Source of the DNA: Actinomycetota bacterium
GTDB taxonomy: Bacteria; Actinomycetota; Thermoleophilia; Solirubrobacterales; 70-9
Assembly: GCA_018268675.1 (NCBI GenBank)
Contig: JAFDWB010000069.1
Coordinates: forward strand, 19,838-83,837
Reading direction: 5' to 3'
DNA length: 64,000 nucleotides
Below, one piece after another: positions 37,911 through 45,427 of this stretch. The notes under the pieces were generated by a model, which saw nothing but the letters and a program-made list of their open reading frames with translations, did no database searches and was not told the origin of the DNA. The translations under genes were made by a program, and so were the position numbers. Numbering within the stretch: the stretch's first letter is position 1; each line of letters starts with the position of its first letter.

Positions 37911-37939
37911 TGGTGCCCAGGATAGTCTGCGCGCGCTGA

Positions 37940-38185
37940 ATGGCACTCCTGCTCGCGCCCCTCCGCTGGCTGACTTCCTCGATTATCCGGCTCGCGCTCT
38001 TCGCCGGGTTGCTCTTCCTCGTCTATTTGTTGCTGCTCAAGCCCGCATTCGACAGCGGCGAGAAGACCCTCCGCGAAGGCCTCCACACGATCGAGCGGAA
38101 GGCGAACCCGGCCCGCCTCGCCCACTGCATCGAACGGGCCGGCGGCGACCTCGCGAAGACGGAACGCTGCGCGCGACTGTTCTAG
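37940..38185 (+). CDS. Small membrane-anchored protein, paralog 1 (81 aa)
   Basis: One TM (IIRLALFAGLLFLVYLLLL), then KP and a C-terminal NPARLAHCIERAGGDLAKTERC motif shared with the next ORF. Confidence 0.5.
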   Translation: MALLLAPLRWLTSSIIRLALFAGLLFLVYLLLLKPAFDSGEKTLREGLHTIERKANPARLAHCIERAGGDLAKTERCARLF

Positions 38186-38205
38186 CGGGTTAGGCTGGCG
38201 CCGGA

Positions 38206-38574
38206 ATGGAATGGCTGACCAACCTGTTCGGCAACCTGACCTCCGGGGTGATCCGGCTGGCGGTCACGGTCGGGATCCTCGCGGCGGTCTACTTCTTCAT
38301 CGTCAAGCCGATCCTCCACACGACCGAAAAGACGGTCGAAAGCACCAACAAGGCGGTGGAACACTCGTTCAACCAGACGACGGTCGACACGAAGGCGATC
38401 GAAGCAAAGGTCAACAAGACGATCGAAGAAGTCAACCGCCAGGTCCAGGGTCAGGTCAGGCGCTCGTTCCACGCCGCCAAGGCCAACGGCAATCCGGAAA
38501 AGCTGCTCCACTGCATCCAGCGGGCGAACGGGAACGTCCACCGGATCGAACGCTGTTCCCGGCGTTACCAGTGA
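38206..38574 (+). CDS. Small membrane-anchored protein, paralog 2 (122 aa)
   Basis: LTSGVIRLAVTVGILAAVYFFIVKP ... NPEKLLHCIQRANGNVHRIERC. Same architecture as 37940..38185, with a ~40-aa Lys/Thr/Asn-rich insertion. Confidence 0.55.
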   Translation: MEWLTNLFGNLTSGVIRLAVTVGILAAVYFFIVKPILHTTEKTVESTNKAVEHSFNQTTVDTKAIEAKVNKTIEEVNRQVQGQVRRSFHAAKANGNPEKLLHCIQRANGNVHRIERCSRRYQ

Positions 38575-38586
38575 CGCGTTGACGCG

Positions 38587-39660
38587 TCAGGCGGCGCGCT
38601 CGGAGAACCAGGCGGAGCCGGAGAGGGCGCGGTCGAAGCCGGACCAGGACTCGCCCTCGGGGAGCTGGCGCTCGAGCCGGTCGAAGGAGCCGAGGCGGCC
38701 GCCGAGGTTGTCGATCATGTGGACGAGGACGGCCTCGCGGGTGGCGGGGGTGACCGGCGAGCCGTGCTCGAGCGAGCCGTGGTGGCTGAGGATGATGTGG
38801 AGGACGCACTGGGCGAGCCGCGGGTCGAAGCCGGGGATGTCCTCGATCGCGCGGCGCACCGTGTAGTAGCCGAGCGGGATCTCGCCCTGGAGGCGGCCGG
38901 CGTCGGTGAGGTCGATCGCCAGCGGGTCGTCGTTGTAGGCGAGCAGCTTGCCGATGTCGTGCAGGAGCGCGCCGGTCACGGCGATGTCGCGGTCGATCCC
39001 GGGGAAGAAGTTGGCCGCGGCGGAGACCGCCTGGGCGACCGAGAGCGTGTGCTCGAGCAGCCCGTGCCGGTAGGCCTGGTGGAAGGTCTTGGCGGCCGGG
39101 GCGTCGCGGAAGCGGTTCCAGGTCTCGGAGTCGGGGGCGAAGAAGAGGTCGAGGAGCTCGCGCAGCTCGACGTTGCGAACGGTCTCCAGCAGGTCGCGCA
39201 GATCGGCCTCGAGTCGCTCCGCCGAGACCTCCGAGGGGACCGCGAGGTCGTTCAGCTCGTACTCGCCGTCCTCGGCGGCGCGCAGCTCGGTGACCTTGAT
39301 CTTCGCCCCCCACCGTTCCGAGGTCTCGAAGACGCCGCTGACGTGGATCGGCGTGCCGGTGCCGCAGAGGGCGTAGCGGACCTCGGCGTCGTCCCAGCAG
39401 ACCGCCTCCGCCGTGCCGGTCGCGTCGCCGACGGTCATCCGCAGCCACGGCTCGCCGTTGCGCTTGCGCCGCAGCTCACGGCCGCGGACCGCGTAGACGC
39501 CCCGCACCCGCTGCCCGTCCTCGAGGTCGCGGATGGCGACGCGGGCGGTGGTCGTCGCCTCGACAGGCGTGGGCACAGCCTCGGGAGCGGGCACCGGCTC
39601 CACCGGGGCGAAGGCGGGCTCACCGGCAAAAAGGCTGTCCATCCGCGTCTGCTCAGCCAT
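38587..39660 (-). CDS. OB-fold plus HD-domain phosphohydrolase (YhaM-like 3'-5' exoribonuclease family)
   Basis: N-terminal OB-like region (VRGVYAVRGRELRRKRNGEPWLRMTVGDATG). HD domain with HQAYRHGLLEHTL and GALLHDIGK. The ATG at 39660 is preceded by GGGAG. Confidence 0.7.
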   Translation of the reverse strand: MAEQTRMDSLFAGEPAFAPVEPVPAPEAVPTPVEATTTARVAIRDLEDGQRVRGVYAVRGRELRRKRNGEPWLRMTVGDATGTAEAVCWDDAEVRYALCGTGTPIHVSGVFETSERWGAKIKVTELRAAEDGEYELNDLAVPSEVSAERLEADLRDLLETVRNVELRELLDLFFAPDSETWNRFRDAPAAKTFHQAYRHGLLEHTLSVAQAVSAAANFFPGIDRDIAVTGALLHDIGKLLAYNDDPLAIDLTDAGRLQGEIPLGYYTVRRAIEDIPGFDPRLAQCVLHIILSHHGSLEHGSPVTPATREAVLVHMIDNLGGRLGSFDRLERQLPEGESWSGFDRALSGSAWFSERAA

Positions 39661-39726
39661 CTCCCGACCCAAGGTAGAGAGCGAACCGGACGCTTGTTGT
39701 AACGACTTCCGCTCGGAGCGTGCTCC

Positions 39727-39753
39727 GAAAAGACCCGCAAAGAGCGTCTTTTC
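39727..39753 (-). terminator. Hairpin GAAAAGAC-N11-GTCTTTTC at the stop codon of the fluoride operon (weak terminator candidate)
   Basis: 8-bp stem read directly from the sequence. The A/U-rich stem arms could function in either direction. There is no separate U-tract. Confidence 0.35.
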
Positions 39754-40759
39754 ACGCCAGCGTGATCGCCCGTCGCACCGGCTGCGCGTAGACGACGTCG
39801 TCCTCGCAGGCGAGTGACCGAGCCAGTTCGAGCCAGCGCCCGGCACGGTCGGGAGCGTCGACCACTTCGACCGCGACCGGCACGTCGCGCCGCAACGCGA
39901 GCACCCGGTCCCCGTGCGGCTCCCCCTCCCCGCGATACCCCCAGACCCCGCGCAACGCGGTCGCCCCCGCCGCGCCCTCACGCCGCAGCTGGTGGACGAG
40001 CTCGAGGTAGACGGGATGCCTGGAGCGGGCCGCGACCTCGGAGGTCACCAGCGTGACCCGCGTCGCCTCGCCGTGGAGACATACTCTCGTATAGCGAGAG
40101 TAAGTCTCCACGCCCTCCACGGTGACGAGGTGCGCCGCGCCGTCGACCTCTCCAAGCGCCGCCTCGACCGCTGCCCGGTTCCCCACCCCCACCGTCATCG
40201 CGGGCACGCCGCGATTCCCCGCGACGAACCGGGCCCGCCGCCGCTCCCCCTCGAGCACCCCGTCCACCCCGAGCACCACGGTCGCCGCCGCCGCCCGATG
40301 CCGCCGAAGCGCCGCCACTGCCCCGAGGTGCGGCGCCGTCGGCCCCGTCCGCGGCCCCCACACCGTCACCTTCACCAAGTCCGGCCCCCCATCACCAATC
40401 GCGCCCTCCGCCGCACCCCCCGTCCCTTCCCCGTCTTCGACCCCCTCCACCACGATCAGCCCCTCCGCCGCGATCCCTCGCACCTCCTCCACCAGCCCTT
40501 CGACCACCCCCGGCTCCCCCACCGCGACCGCGACCAGCGGCGCGTCTTCCGACAGCGACAGCAGCCGGTCGGTCCGCAGCCGGTGCTTGGCGCCGAACCC
40601 CTCGACCGCCCGCACCAGCGCCGCCGCCCGTACCCCACGCCGCGCGCACGCGTCCATCACCGCGGACTCGAGCGGCCCGTCGCCGTCGCGGTCGCGCTCG
40701 CCGAAGTGGAAGCGCATCTGCAGGAGCGCGTCGCGCGCGTCGCCGCCCCCGCCCATCAC
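39752..40759 (-). CDS. Triple tandem DUF190 (PII-like fold) protein
   Basis: Three ~95-aa repeats, each with the DUF190 pattern (hydrophobic strand, ..A..G..GAT.LR...G.G...H......L....P). Example, repeat 3: VTLVTSEVAARSRHPVYLELVHQLRREGAAGATALRGVWGYRGEGEPHGDRVLALRRDVPVAVEVVD. Its start overlaps the crcB stop. Confidence 0.7.
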   Translation of the reverse strand: MMGGGGDARDALLQMRFHFGERDRDGDGPLESAVMDACARRGVRAAALVRAVEGFGAKHRLRTDRLLSLSEDAPLVAVAVGEPGVVEGLVEEVRGIAAEGLIVVEGVEDGEGTGGAAEGAIGDGGPDLVKVTVWGPRTGPTAPHLGAVAALRRHRAAAATVVLGVDGVLEGERRRARFVAGNRGVPAMTVGVGNRAAVEAALGEVDGAAHLVTVEGVETYSRYTRVCLHGEATRVTLVTSEVAARSRHPVYLELVHQLRREGAAGATALRGVWGYRGEGEPHGDRVLALRRDVPVAVEVVDAPDRAGRWLELARSLACEDDVVYAQPVRRAITLA

Positions 40760-41121
40760 AGCAGTCCCCCGAGCCAGTGCCCCAGCGCCACCGCCACGAG
40801 GCCCGCCACCAGCGACACCGCGAGGTTCAGCCAGAGGATGCGGGCGTCGCCGTCCTCCCCCGCCCGGTGGGACTCCAGCATCCAGGTCGAGAACGTGGTG
40901 TAGGTGCCGACCCCGCCGCCGGCGACGATCGTGTAGGCGGTGCCGGAGAGCGCCGCGCCGGCGAGGGCGCCGAGCACCGCCGCGCCGCTCAGGTTGACCG
41001 CCAGCGTCCCGAACGGGAAGTCGGCGTCGAGGCGCGTCGCGACGCTGCTGTCGACGAGGAAGCGGGCGATCGCCATCGCCCCGCCGAGCGCCCCGACCGC
41101 GACCCAGGCGAGCGCCGTCAC
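40756..41121 (-). CDS. crcB: Fluoride channel CrcB/Fluc, subunit 2
   Basis: FPFGTLAVNLSGAAVLG and GVGTYTTFSTWMLE motifs. GTG 41121 forms a GTGA overlap with the upstream crcB stop. Confidence 0.8.
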   Translation of the reverse strand: MTALAWVAVGALGGAMAIARFLVDSSVATRLDADFPFGTLAVNLSGAAVLGALAGAALSGTAYTIVAGGGVGTYTTFSTWMLESHRAGEDGDARILWLNLAVSLVAGLVAVALGHWLGGLL

Positions 41122-41525
41122 CGCAGCACCCGCGCCCGTCGCGTGGCCACCGTCCCCAGGTGGACGCAGGCGAAGCCGCCGACGATCGTCGCCGCCGCGT
41201 AGCCCACCGCCAGCCCCAGGCAGCCTTCTTCGAGCATCGTGAAGAGCTCCAGCTGCAAGGTCGAGAAGGTCGTCAGCGCGCCGCACACCCCGGTGCCGAG
41301 GAACGGGCGCCGGTAGGTCGACGGCGGCAGTCGCTCCCCCAGCCGCGTCACGAACCACCCGAGCAGCGCCGCGCCGACCAGGTTCACGGCGAAGGTCGCC
41401 CACGGCCACGCGCCCGCCCCGTGCGGCAGCGCCTGCGACAGCCCGACCCGCCCCAGCGCCCCGATCACGCCACCCGCGTAGATCGCGCCCAACTCCCGGC
41501 GATCGAATCGTCTCTGTGTCACCAC
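41118..41525 (-). CDS. crcB: Fluoride channel CrcB/Fluc, subunit 1
   Basis: WATFAVNLVGAALLG and GVCGALTTFSTLQLE motifs. GTG start lies 7 nt after AGGAGG. Confidence 0.8.
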   Translation of the reverse strand: MVTQRRFDRRELGAIYAGGVIGALGRVGLSQALPHGAGAWPWATFAVNLVGAALLGWFVTRLGERLPPSTYRRPFLGTGVCGALTTFSTLQLELFTMLEEGCLGLAVGYAAATIVGGFACVHLGTVATRRARVLR

Positions 41526-41553
41526 CGCAGCCTCCTACGCGCCGTCTCGACGT

Positions 41554-41606
41554 CGGTAGGAGCCATCAGCGGTCGCGCCGCGGTTATGGAGCGAGCCCCA
41601 TCGCTC
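41554..41606 (-). promoter_or_regulatory. Fluoride riboswitch (crcB RNA motif) aptamer
   Basis: The minus strand reads GAGCGAUGGGGCUCGCUCCAUAACCGCGGCGCGACCGCUGAUGGCUCCUACCG. This aligns position for position with the known aptamer pattern GGGCGAUGAGGCCCGCCCAAACUGCCC...GGGCUGAUGGCCUCUAC. It sits directly upstream of two crcB genes. Confidence 0.85.
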
Positions 41607-41672
41607 GGGTCAGGAGGCGAACCTTACCCAAGGTCGAAGGGTTACCGAGCAAACCACCTCGAGGAGGCAGAG

Positions 41673-42350
41673 ATGTTGCGCGCAGTCCTACGGCGGCTCA
41701 CCTACGCGAACGTGATCGCGACCCTGGCGCTGTTTCTCGCCCTGGGCGGCGGCGCCGTGTGGGCGGCGAACCGCACGGCGGCCAAGATCGGCACCGGCAA
41801 GCTGAAGCCGAACGCGGTCACGGCGGGGAAGATCAAGGCCAACGCGGTCACCCAGTCGAAAATCCGCGACAACGCGGTGACCAACGCGAAGCTCCGCGAA
41901 GGCGCGGTGAACCTGTCGAAGATCGCCGCCGGGACGAACGTGATCGCGACCGCGACGAGCGCGCCGATCGCGGTCGACGGGGCGAGCGCCGTCGCCGTCA
42001 GCTTCAACGGGCCGCTCACCTTCACGCCCGCGGCCGGGAGCGTCTACATGATGAGCATCGAAGTGCGCGGCACCAATCTCGGCCGCTCCGGCAGCGAACC
42101 GTGCCGGGTCCAGGTCGTGCCGCTGGTCAACGGGGCCGAATGGGGCGGCGGCGCGCCGCTCGTCCTCAGCGCCTTCGCGCCGACCGCGGAAGCGCCATCG
42201 GGCACGATCCCGGCGGCGGGCCAGACCAGCCCGGTCGGCCTTACCGCGAGCGGCGCGACGCAGACGATCGGCGCCAGGCTGATCGGCGGCCCGCGCTGCT
42301 CGTCGTCCTCCTCGGTGACCGTCGGGGTCGCCGTCACGCAGCTGAAATAG
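41673..42350 (+). CDS. Membrane-anchored or secreted protein with short N-terminal NAVT repeats
   Basis: The ATG at 41673 follows GAGGAGG. Signal/anchor ANVIATLALFLALGGGAVWA, then KLKPNAVTAGKIKANAVTQSKIRDNAVTNAKLREGAVNLSKI. No family recognised. Confidence 0.55.
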   Translation: MLRAVLRRLTYANVIATLALFLALGGGAVWAANRTAAKIGTGKLKPNAVTAGKIKANAVTQSKIRDNAVTNAKLREGAVNLSKIAAGTNVIATATSAPIAVDGASAVAVSFNGPLTFTPAAGSVYMMSIEVRGTNLGRSGSEPCRVQVVPLVNGAEWGGGAPLVLSAFAPTAEAPSGTIPAAGQTSPVGLTASGATQTIGARLIGGPRCSSSSSVTVGVAVTQLK

Positions 42351-42407
42351 GGGGGCCCGCAGGGGCACCAGCCGGGCCGGCGATCCGCCTTCACTAATCT
42401 TCCGTAA

Positions 42408-43337
42408 GTGGACCGGATCGTCGCCTGGCACTTCACCGACCCGGGGTGCCCCTGGGCCTACTCCTCGCGCCCCGCGATCGCGCGGCTGCGCTGGCGCTTC
42501 GGCGACCAGCTCGACTGGCGCCTGATCGTCATCGGGCTGAGCGAGTCGGCCGAGCGCTACGAGCGGCGCGGCTACACGCCGGGGCGCATGGCGGCCGGGC
42601 TGCGCGAGTTCGAGCGGCGCTTCGGGATGCCCTTCGGCAGCGGCGTGAAGCCGCGGATGGCGCCGACCTCGCGCGCCTGCCGGGCAATCGTCGCCGCTCG
42701 CGAGGAGTCGATGGAGCTCGGCTATGCGGCCCTGCGCGCGATCCAGCTGATGCAGTTCACGACCACCGGGCTGCTCGACGACGACGCGGCGCTGCGCGGC
42801 GCGCTGGCGAAGGTCGACGGGCTCGACGCGGCGGCGATCGTCGCCCGCATCGACGAGCCGGAGATCATCGCCCTCTACGAGGAAGACAAGACGCGGACCC
42901 GCTCCGCCGAGGGGCGGCCGACCCACGTCCAGAATCGCCACGCCGAATCCGACGGGCCGGTCCGCTACACCGCACCCTCGGTGATCTTCGAGGCGCCGGA
43001 CGGCCGCTGGCTCGAGGTCGGCGGCTTCCAGCCCTTCGAGTCCTACGACACCGCGCTCGCCAACCTCGACGGCTCGCTGGAGCGCCGCTCCGCCCCGCGC
43101 CGCGCCGCCGACGCCGTGCTCGCCTACCCGATCGGCCTGACCACCGCCGAGGTCGCCGCGATCATGCGCGCCTCCGACCTCGACGACCCCGATATCCGGG
43201 CCGCCGAAGCCGGGCTGATCGCCGCCGTCGACTCCGGCGAGCTGCTCTGCGAACCGGCCGGCTCCGACGCCCTCTGGCGCCCCGCGTCCCCGATCGGCCC
43301 GCCAGGCGAGCCGGACGTGCTGGACGCCGTCGCGTAG
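42408..43337 (+). CDS. DsbA-family thioredoxin-fold protein
   Basis: The N-terminus WHFTDPGCPWAYSSRP (CPWA) is typical of DsbA/FrnE-like proteins. GTG 42408 lies 7 nt after TAATCT, so the transcript may be leaderless. Confidence 0.7.
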   Translation: MDRIVAWHFTDPGCPWAYSSRPAIARLRWRFGDQLDWRLIVIGLSESAERYERRGYTPGRMAAGLREFERRFGMPFGSGVKPRMAPTSRACRAIVAAREESMELGYAALRAIQLMQFTTTGLLDDDAALRGALAKVDGLDAAAIVARIDEPEIIALYEEDKTRTRSAEGRPTHVQNRHAESDGPVRYTAPSVIFEAPDGRWLEVGGFQPFESYDTALANLDGSLERRSAPRRAADAVLAYPIGLTTAEVAAIMRASDLDDPDIRAAEAGLIAAVDSGELLCEPAGSDALWRPASPIGPPGEPDVLDAVA

Positions 43338-43346
43338 CCGGGGGCG

Positions 43347-43661
43347 CTACCCCGGCAGGCCGAAGTCGCCGCGGCGGTCGGCGGGGACCAGAGGGAGGAA
43401 CTCGGGGTGCTCGCCGATGTAGTCGGCGACGAAGGAGCAGAAGGGCATGACCTCGAGCTCCTCGGCCGCGGCGTCGCGGAGCGCCTGGTCGATCATCCGG
43501 CCGGCGATGCCTTGGCCTTTGTGGGGGGCGAAGGTTTCGGTGTGGGTGAAGGAGACGATCCCGGGCTGCTTGACGTAGTCGGCGATCGCGATCGTCTCCC
43601 CGTCGAGGTGGGTCTCGTAGCGCGACTGCTCCTTGTCGTCGAGGATCTCCGGGGCGCTCAC
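43347..43661 (-). CDS. Small GNAT-like acetyltransferase-fold protein (YjdJ/Acetyltransf_CG type)
   Basis: SRYETHLDGETIAIADY...SFTHTETFAPHKGQGIAGRMIDQAL...VMPFCSFV. Start moved to GTG 43661 (GTGA overlap with the upstream stop). Confidence 0.65.
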   Translation of the reverse strand: MSAPEILDDKEQSRYETHLDGETIAIADYVKQPGIVSFTHTETFAPHKGQGIAGRMIDQALRDAAAEELEVMPFCSFVADYIGEHPEFLPLVPADRRGDFGLPG

Positions 43662-44470
43662 CCGGCCCCCAGCCACTCGGAGACCTGACCGCCCCCGCGC
43701 AGGCCCGCGAGGTCGCCCTCCTCGAGCATCCGCGCGGCCACCGCGGCCATCGCCTCGACCGCGACCCAGGCGAGCGAGCCGCCGACGCTGATCCGCCGTG
43801 CCCCCGCCGCGGCGATCTCGGCCACCGACAAGGACGGCCGCGCCAGCACGTTCACCGGCCGGGCTACCGCCGCCGTGACCGCCCGGATCTGCTCAGCGTC
43901 GGCGAGGCCCGGCGCGTAGAGGACGTCGGCACCCGCCGCCTCGTAGGCCTGCAGGCGCGCGATCGTGTCGTCGAGGTCGGGGTTGCCGCGGATGTGGTTC
44001 TCGGCCCGCGCCGTGAGCAGGAACGGGAACGGCTGCTCGCGCGCCGCCGCGGCCGCGGCGGCGATCCGCTCGGCCGCGTGGCCGATGTCGTAGATCCCGG
44101 CGGCGGCGTCCCAGTCCTCGATCGAGCCGCCCACCGCGCCCACCGCCGCCACCGCTTCGATCGCCCGCGCCGCCTGCTCGGGCGCCCCGCCGTAGCCGTT
44201 CTCGAGGTCGACCGAGACGGGCAGGTCGCACGCCTCGACCAGTGTCTTCACGTGCTCGAGCACCTCGTCCAGCGTCACCCGCCCGTCGGCGCGGCCGAGA
44301 GTGAAGGCGAAGCCGCTCGAGGTCGTCGCCAGCGCCTCGAAGCCGAGCGCCTCGAGCACGCGCGCGCTGCCCCCGTCCCACGGGTTCGGGATCAGGAAGC
44401 AGGGACCCTCGTGCAGCTCGGCGAACCGGCGGCCGCGCTCCTCCTGGCTCGGGGGCTCCGTGCGCTCCAT
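43658..44470 (-). CDS. Isocitrate lyase/PEP mutase family protein
   Basis: FLIPNPWDGGSARVLEALGFEALATTSSGFA and VSVDLENGYG motifs. ATG 44470 (MERTEPP...). Confidence 0.8.
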   Translation of the reverse strand: MERTEPPSQEERGRRFAELHEGPCFLIPNPWDGGSARVLEALGFEALATTSSGFAFTLGRADGRVTLDEVLEHVKTLVEACDLPVSVDLENGYGGAPEQAARAIEAVAAVGAVGGSIEDWDAAAGIYDIGHAAERIAAAAAAAREQPFPFLLTARAENHIRGNPDLDDTIARLQAYEAAGADVLYAPGLADAEQIRAVTAAVARPVNVLARPSLSVAEIAAAGARRISVGGSLAWVAVEAMAAVAARMLEEGDLAGLRGGGQVSEWLGAG

Positions 44471-44486
44471 ATATAGGGACGGTAGC

Positions 44487-45236
44487 TCAGTGCCGGTAGA
44501 GCATCCGGCCGCCGAGCAGTTCGGTGACCGTGACGAGACGCAGACCACGCGCCTCGAGCCCTTCGACGATGCCGGGGAGCGCCCCCACCGTCTGCGGGTG
44601 ACGGCCGCCGTCGTGGAGGAGGACGATCGAGCCGGGCCGCGCCAGGCGCAGGACCCGGGCGCGGATCGCCGCGACGCCGGGGTGGTGGTCGTCGTGGGAG
44701 TCGAGCGTCCAGAGCACGATCCCGAGACCGTTGGCCCGCGCCGCCGCTCCCTCCTTGCGGTCGAGTTCGCCGAACGGCGGCCGGAAGAGACACGGGGTGA
44801 AGCCGGTGGCGGCGCGGATCGCCGCCTGCGTCGAGGCGAGCTCGGCCTGCCCGGGGTCGACCGGGTGGTGGTAGGAGTGGTTGCCGATCTCGTCGCCGAA
44901 GGCGAGGATCTGGCGCATCAGCGCTTCGTTGCCGCGCACGTGGCGGCCCTCCTCGAAGAAGGTGGCGCGGGCCCCGAGGCGATGGAGCGTGGCGAGGATC
45001 GGCGGGGTCTGGGTGGGGCTCGGGCCGTCGTCGAAGGTGAGCGCGACCTCGTTCCCCGCCACCGGCTCCTGCCTGACGATCGCGCCGGGTCGCGCCGTGC
45101 AGCCGACCGGCTCTTCGCCGGCCCCGACCACGGTGCCCCCGTCGAACCCGCCACGCGCCGCCGCCGGGACCGCCGCGAGCGCCAGGCAGAGGAGAAGCGC
45201 CGCGCGACCGACCCGAGCCATGGCGACATGATGCAA
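44487..45236 (-). CDS. Polysaccharide deacetylase (NodB homology) family protein, secreted
   Basis: Signal peptide, then VALTFDDGPSP (TFDD metal/catalytic motif), GNHSYHH and LLHDGG. Confidence 0.8.
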   Translation of the reverse strand: MHHVAMARVGRAALLLCLALAAVPAAARGGFDGGTVVGAGEEPVGCTARPGAIVRQEPVAGNEVALTFDDGPSPTQTPPILATLHRLGARATFFEEGRHVRGNEALMRQILAFGDEIGNHSYHHPVDPGQAELASTQAAIRAATGFTPCLFRPPFGELDRKEGAAARANGLGIVLWTLDSHDDHHPGVAAIRARVLRLARPGSIVLLHDGGRHPQTVGALPGIVEGLEARGLRLVTVTELLGGRMLYRH

Positions 45237-45303
45237 CGTCGGCGTCCCGACGAGCGTGCCGCGGTCGGCGGTGACGGGGGAGCCGACAAGGCGGCGCGAA
45301 CGA

Positions 45304-45376
45304 TGGCGAGGGGCGGACTCGAACCGCCGACACCGCGATTTTCAGTCGCGTGCTCTACCAGCTGAGCTACCTCGCC
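45304..45376 (-). tRNA. tRNA-Phe: tRNA-Phe (anticodon GAA)
   Basis: The minus strand GGCGAGGTAGCTCAGCTGGTAGAGCACGCGACTGAAAATCGCGGTGTCGGCGGTTCGAGTCCGCCCCTCGCCA folds as a 73-nt cloverleaf: 7-bp acceptor stem, GAA in a CTGAAAA loop, and a TTCGAGT T-loop. CCA is not encoded. Confidence 0.95.
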
Positions 45377-45427
45377 GCGGCGGGCAATGGTACCGGGGAA
45401 GCGGGGGTCGGCTCCTTCCCCCGCAGC

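Noticed and set aside
37901-37939. Possible PafBC-type RecA-NDp promoter (TGTCGGTG-N8-TANNNT) in front of the small paralog genes: CACTGGTG-CCCAGGA-TAGTCT.
   Set aside because: Only the GGTG and TANNNT parts match, the spacer is 7 nt rather than 8, and the TGTC part is absent. This is too weak to call without experimental or comparative support.
45237-45427. tRNA-Phe as the integration site of a genomic island carrying the giant secreted-protein genes.
   Set aside because: The secreted-protein module lies on the 5' side of the tRNA, whereas islands normally integrate at the 3' end. No integrase and no direct repeat of the tRNA 3' end were seen on either side.
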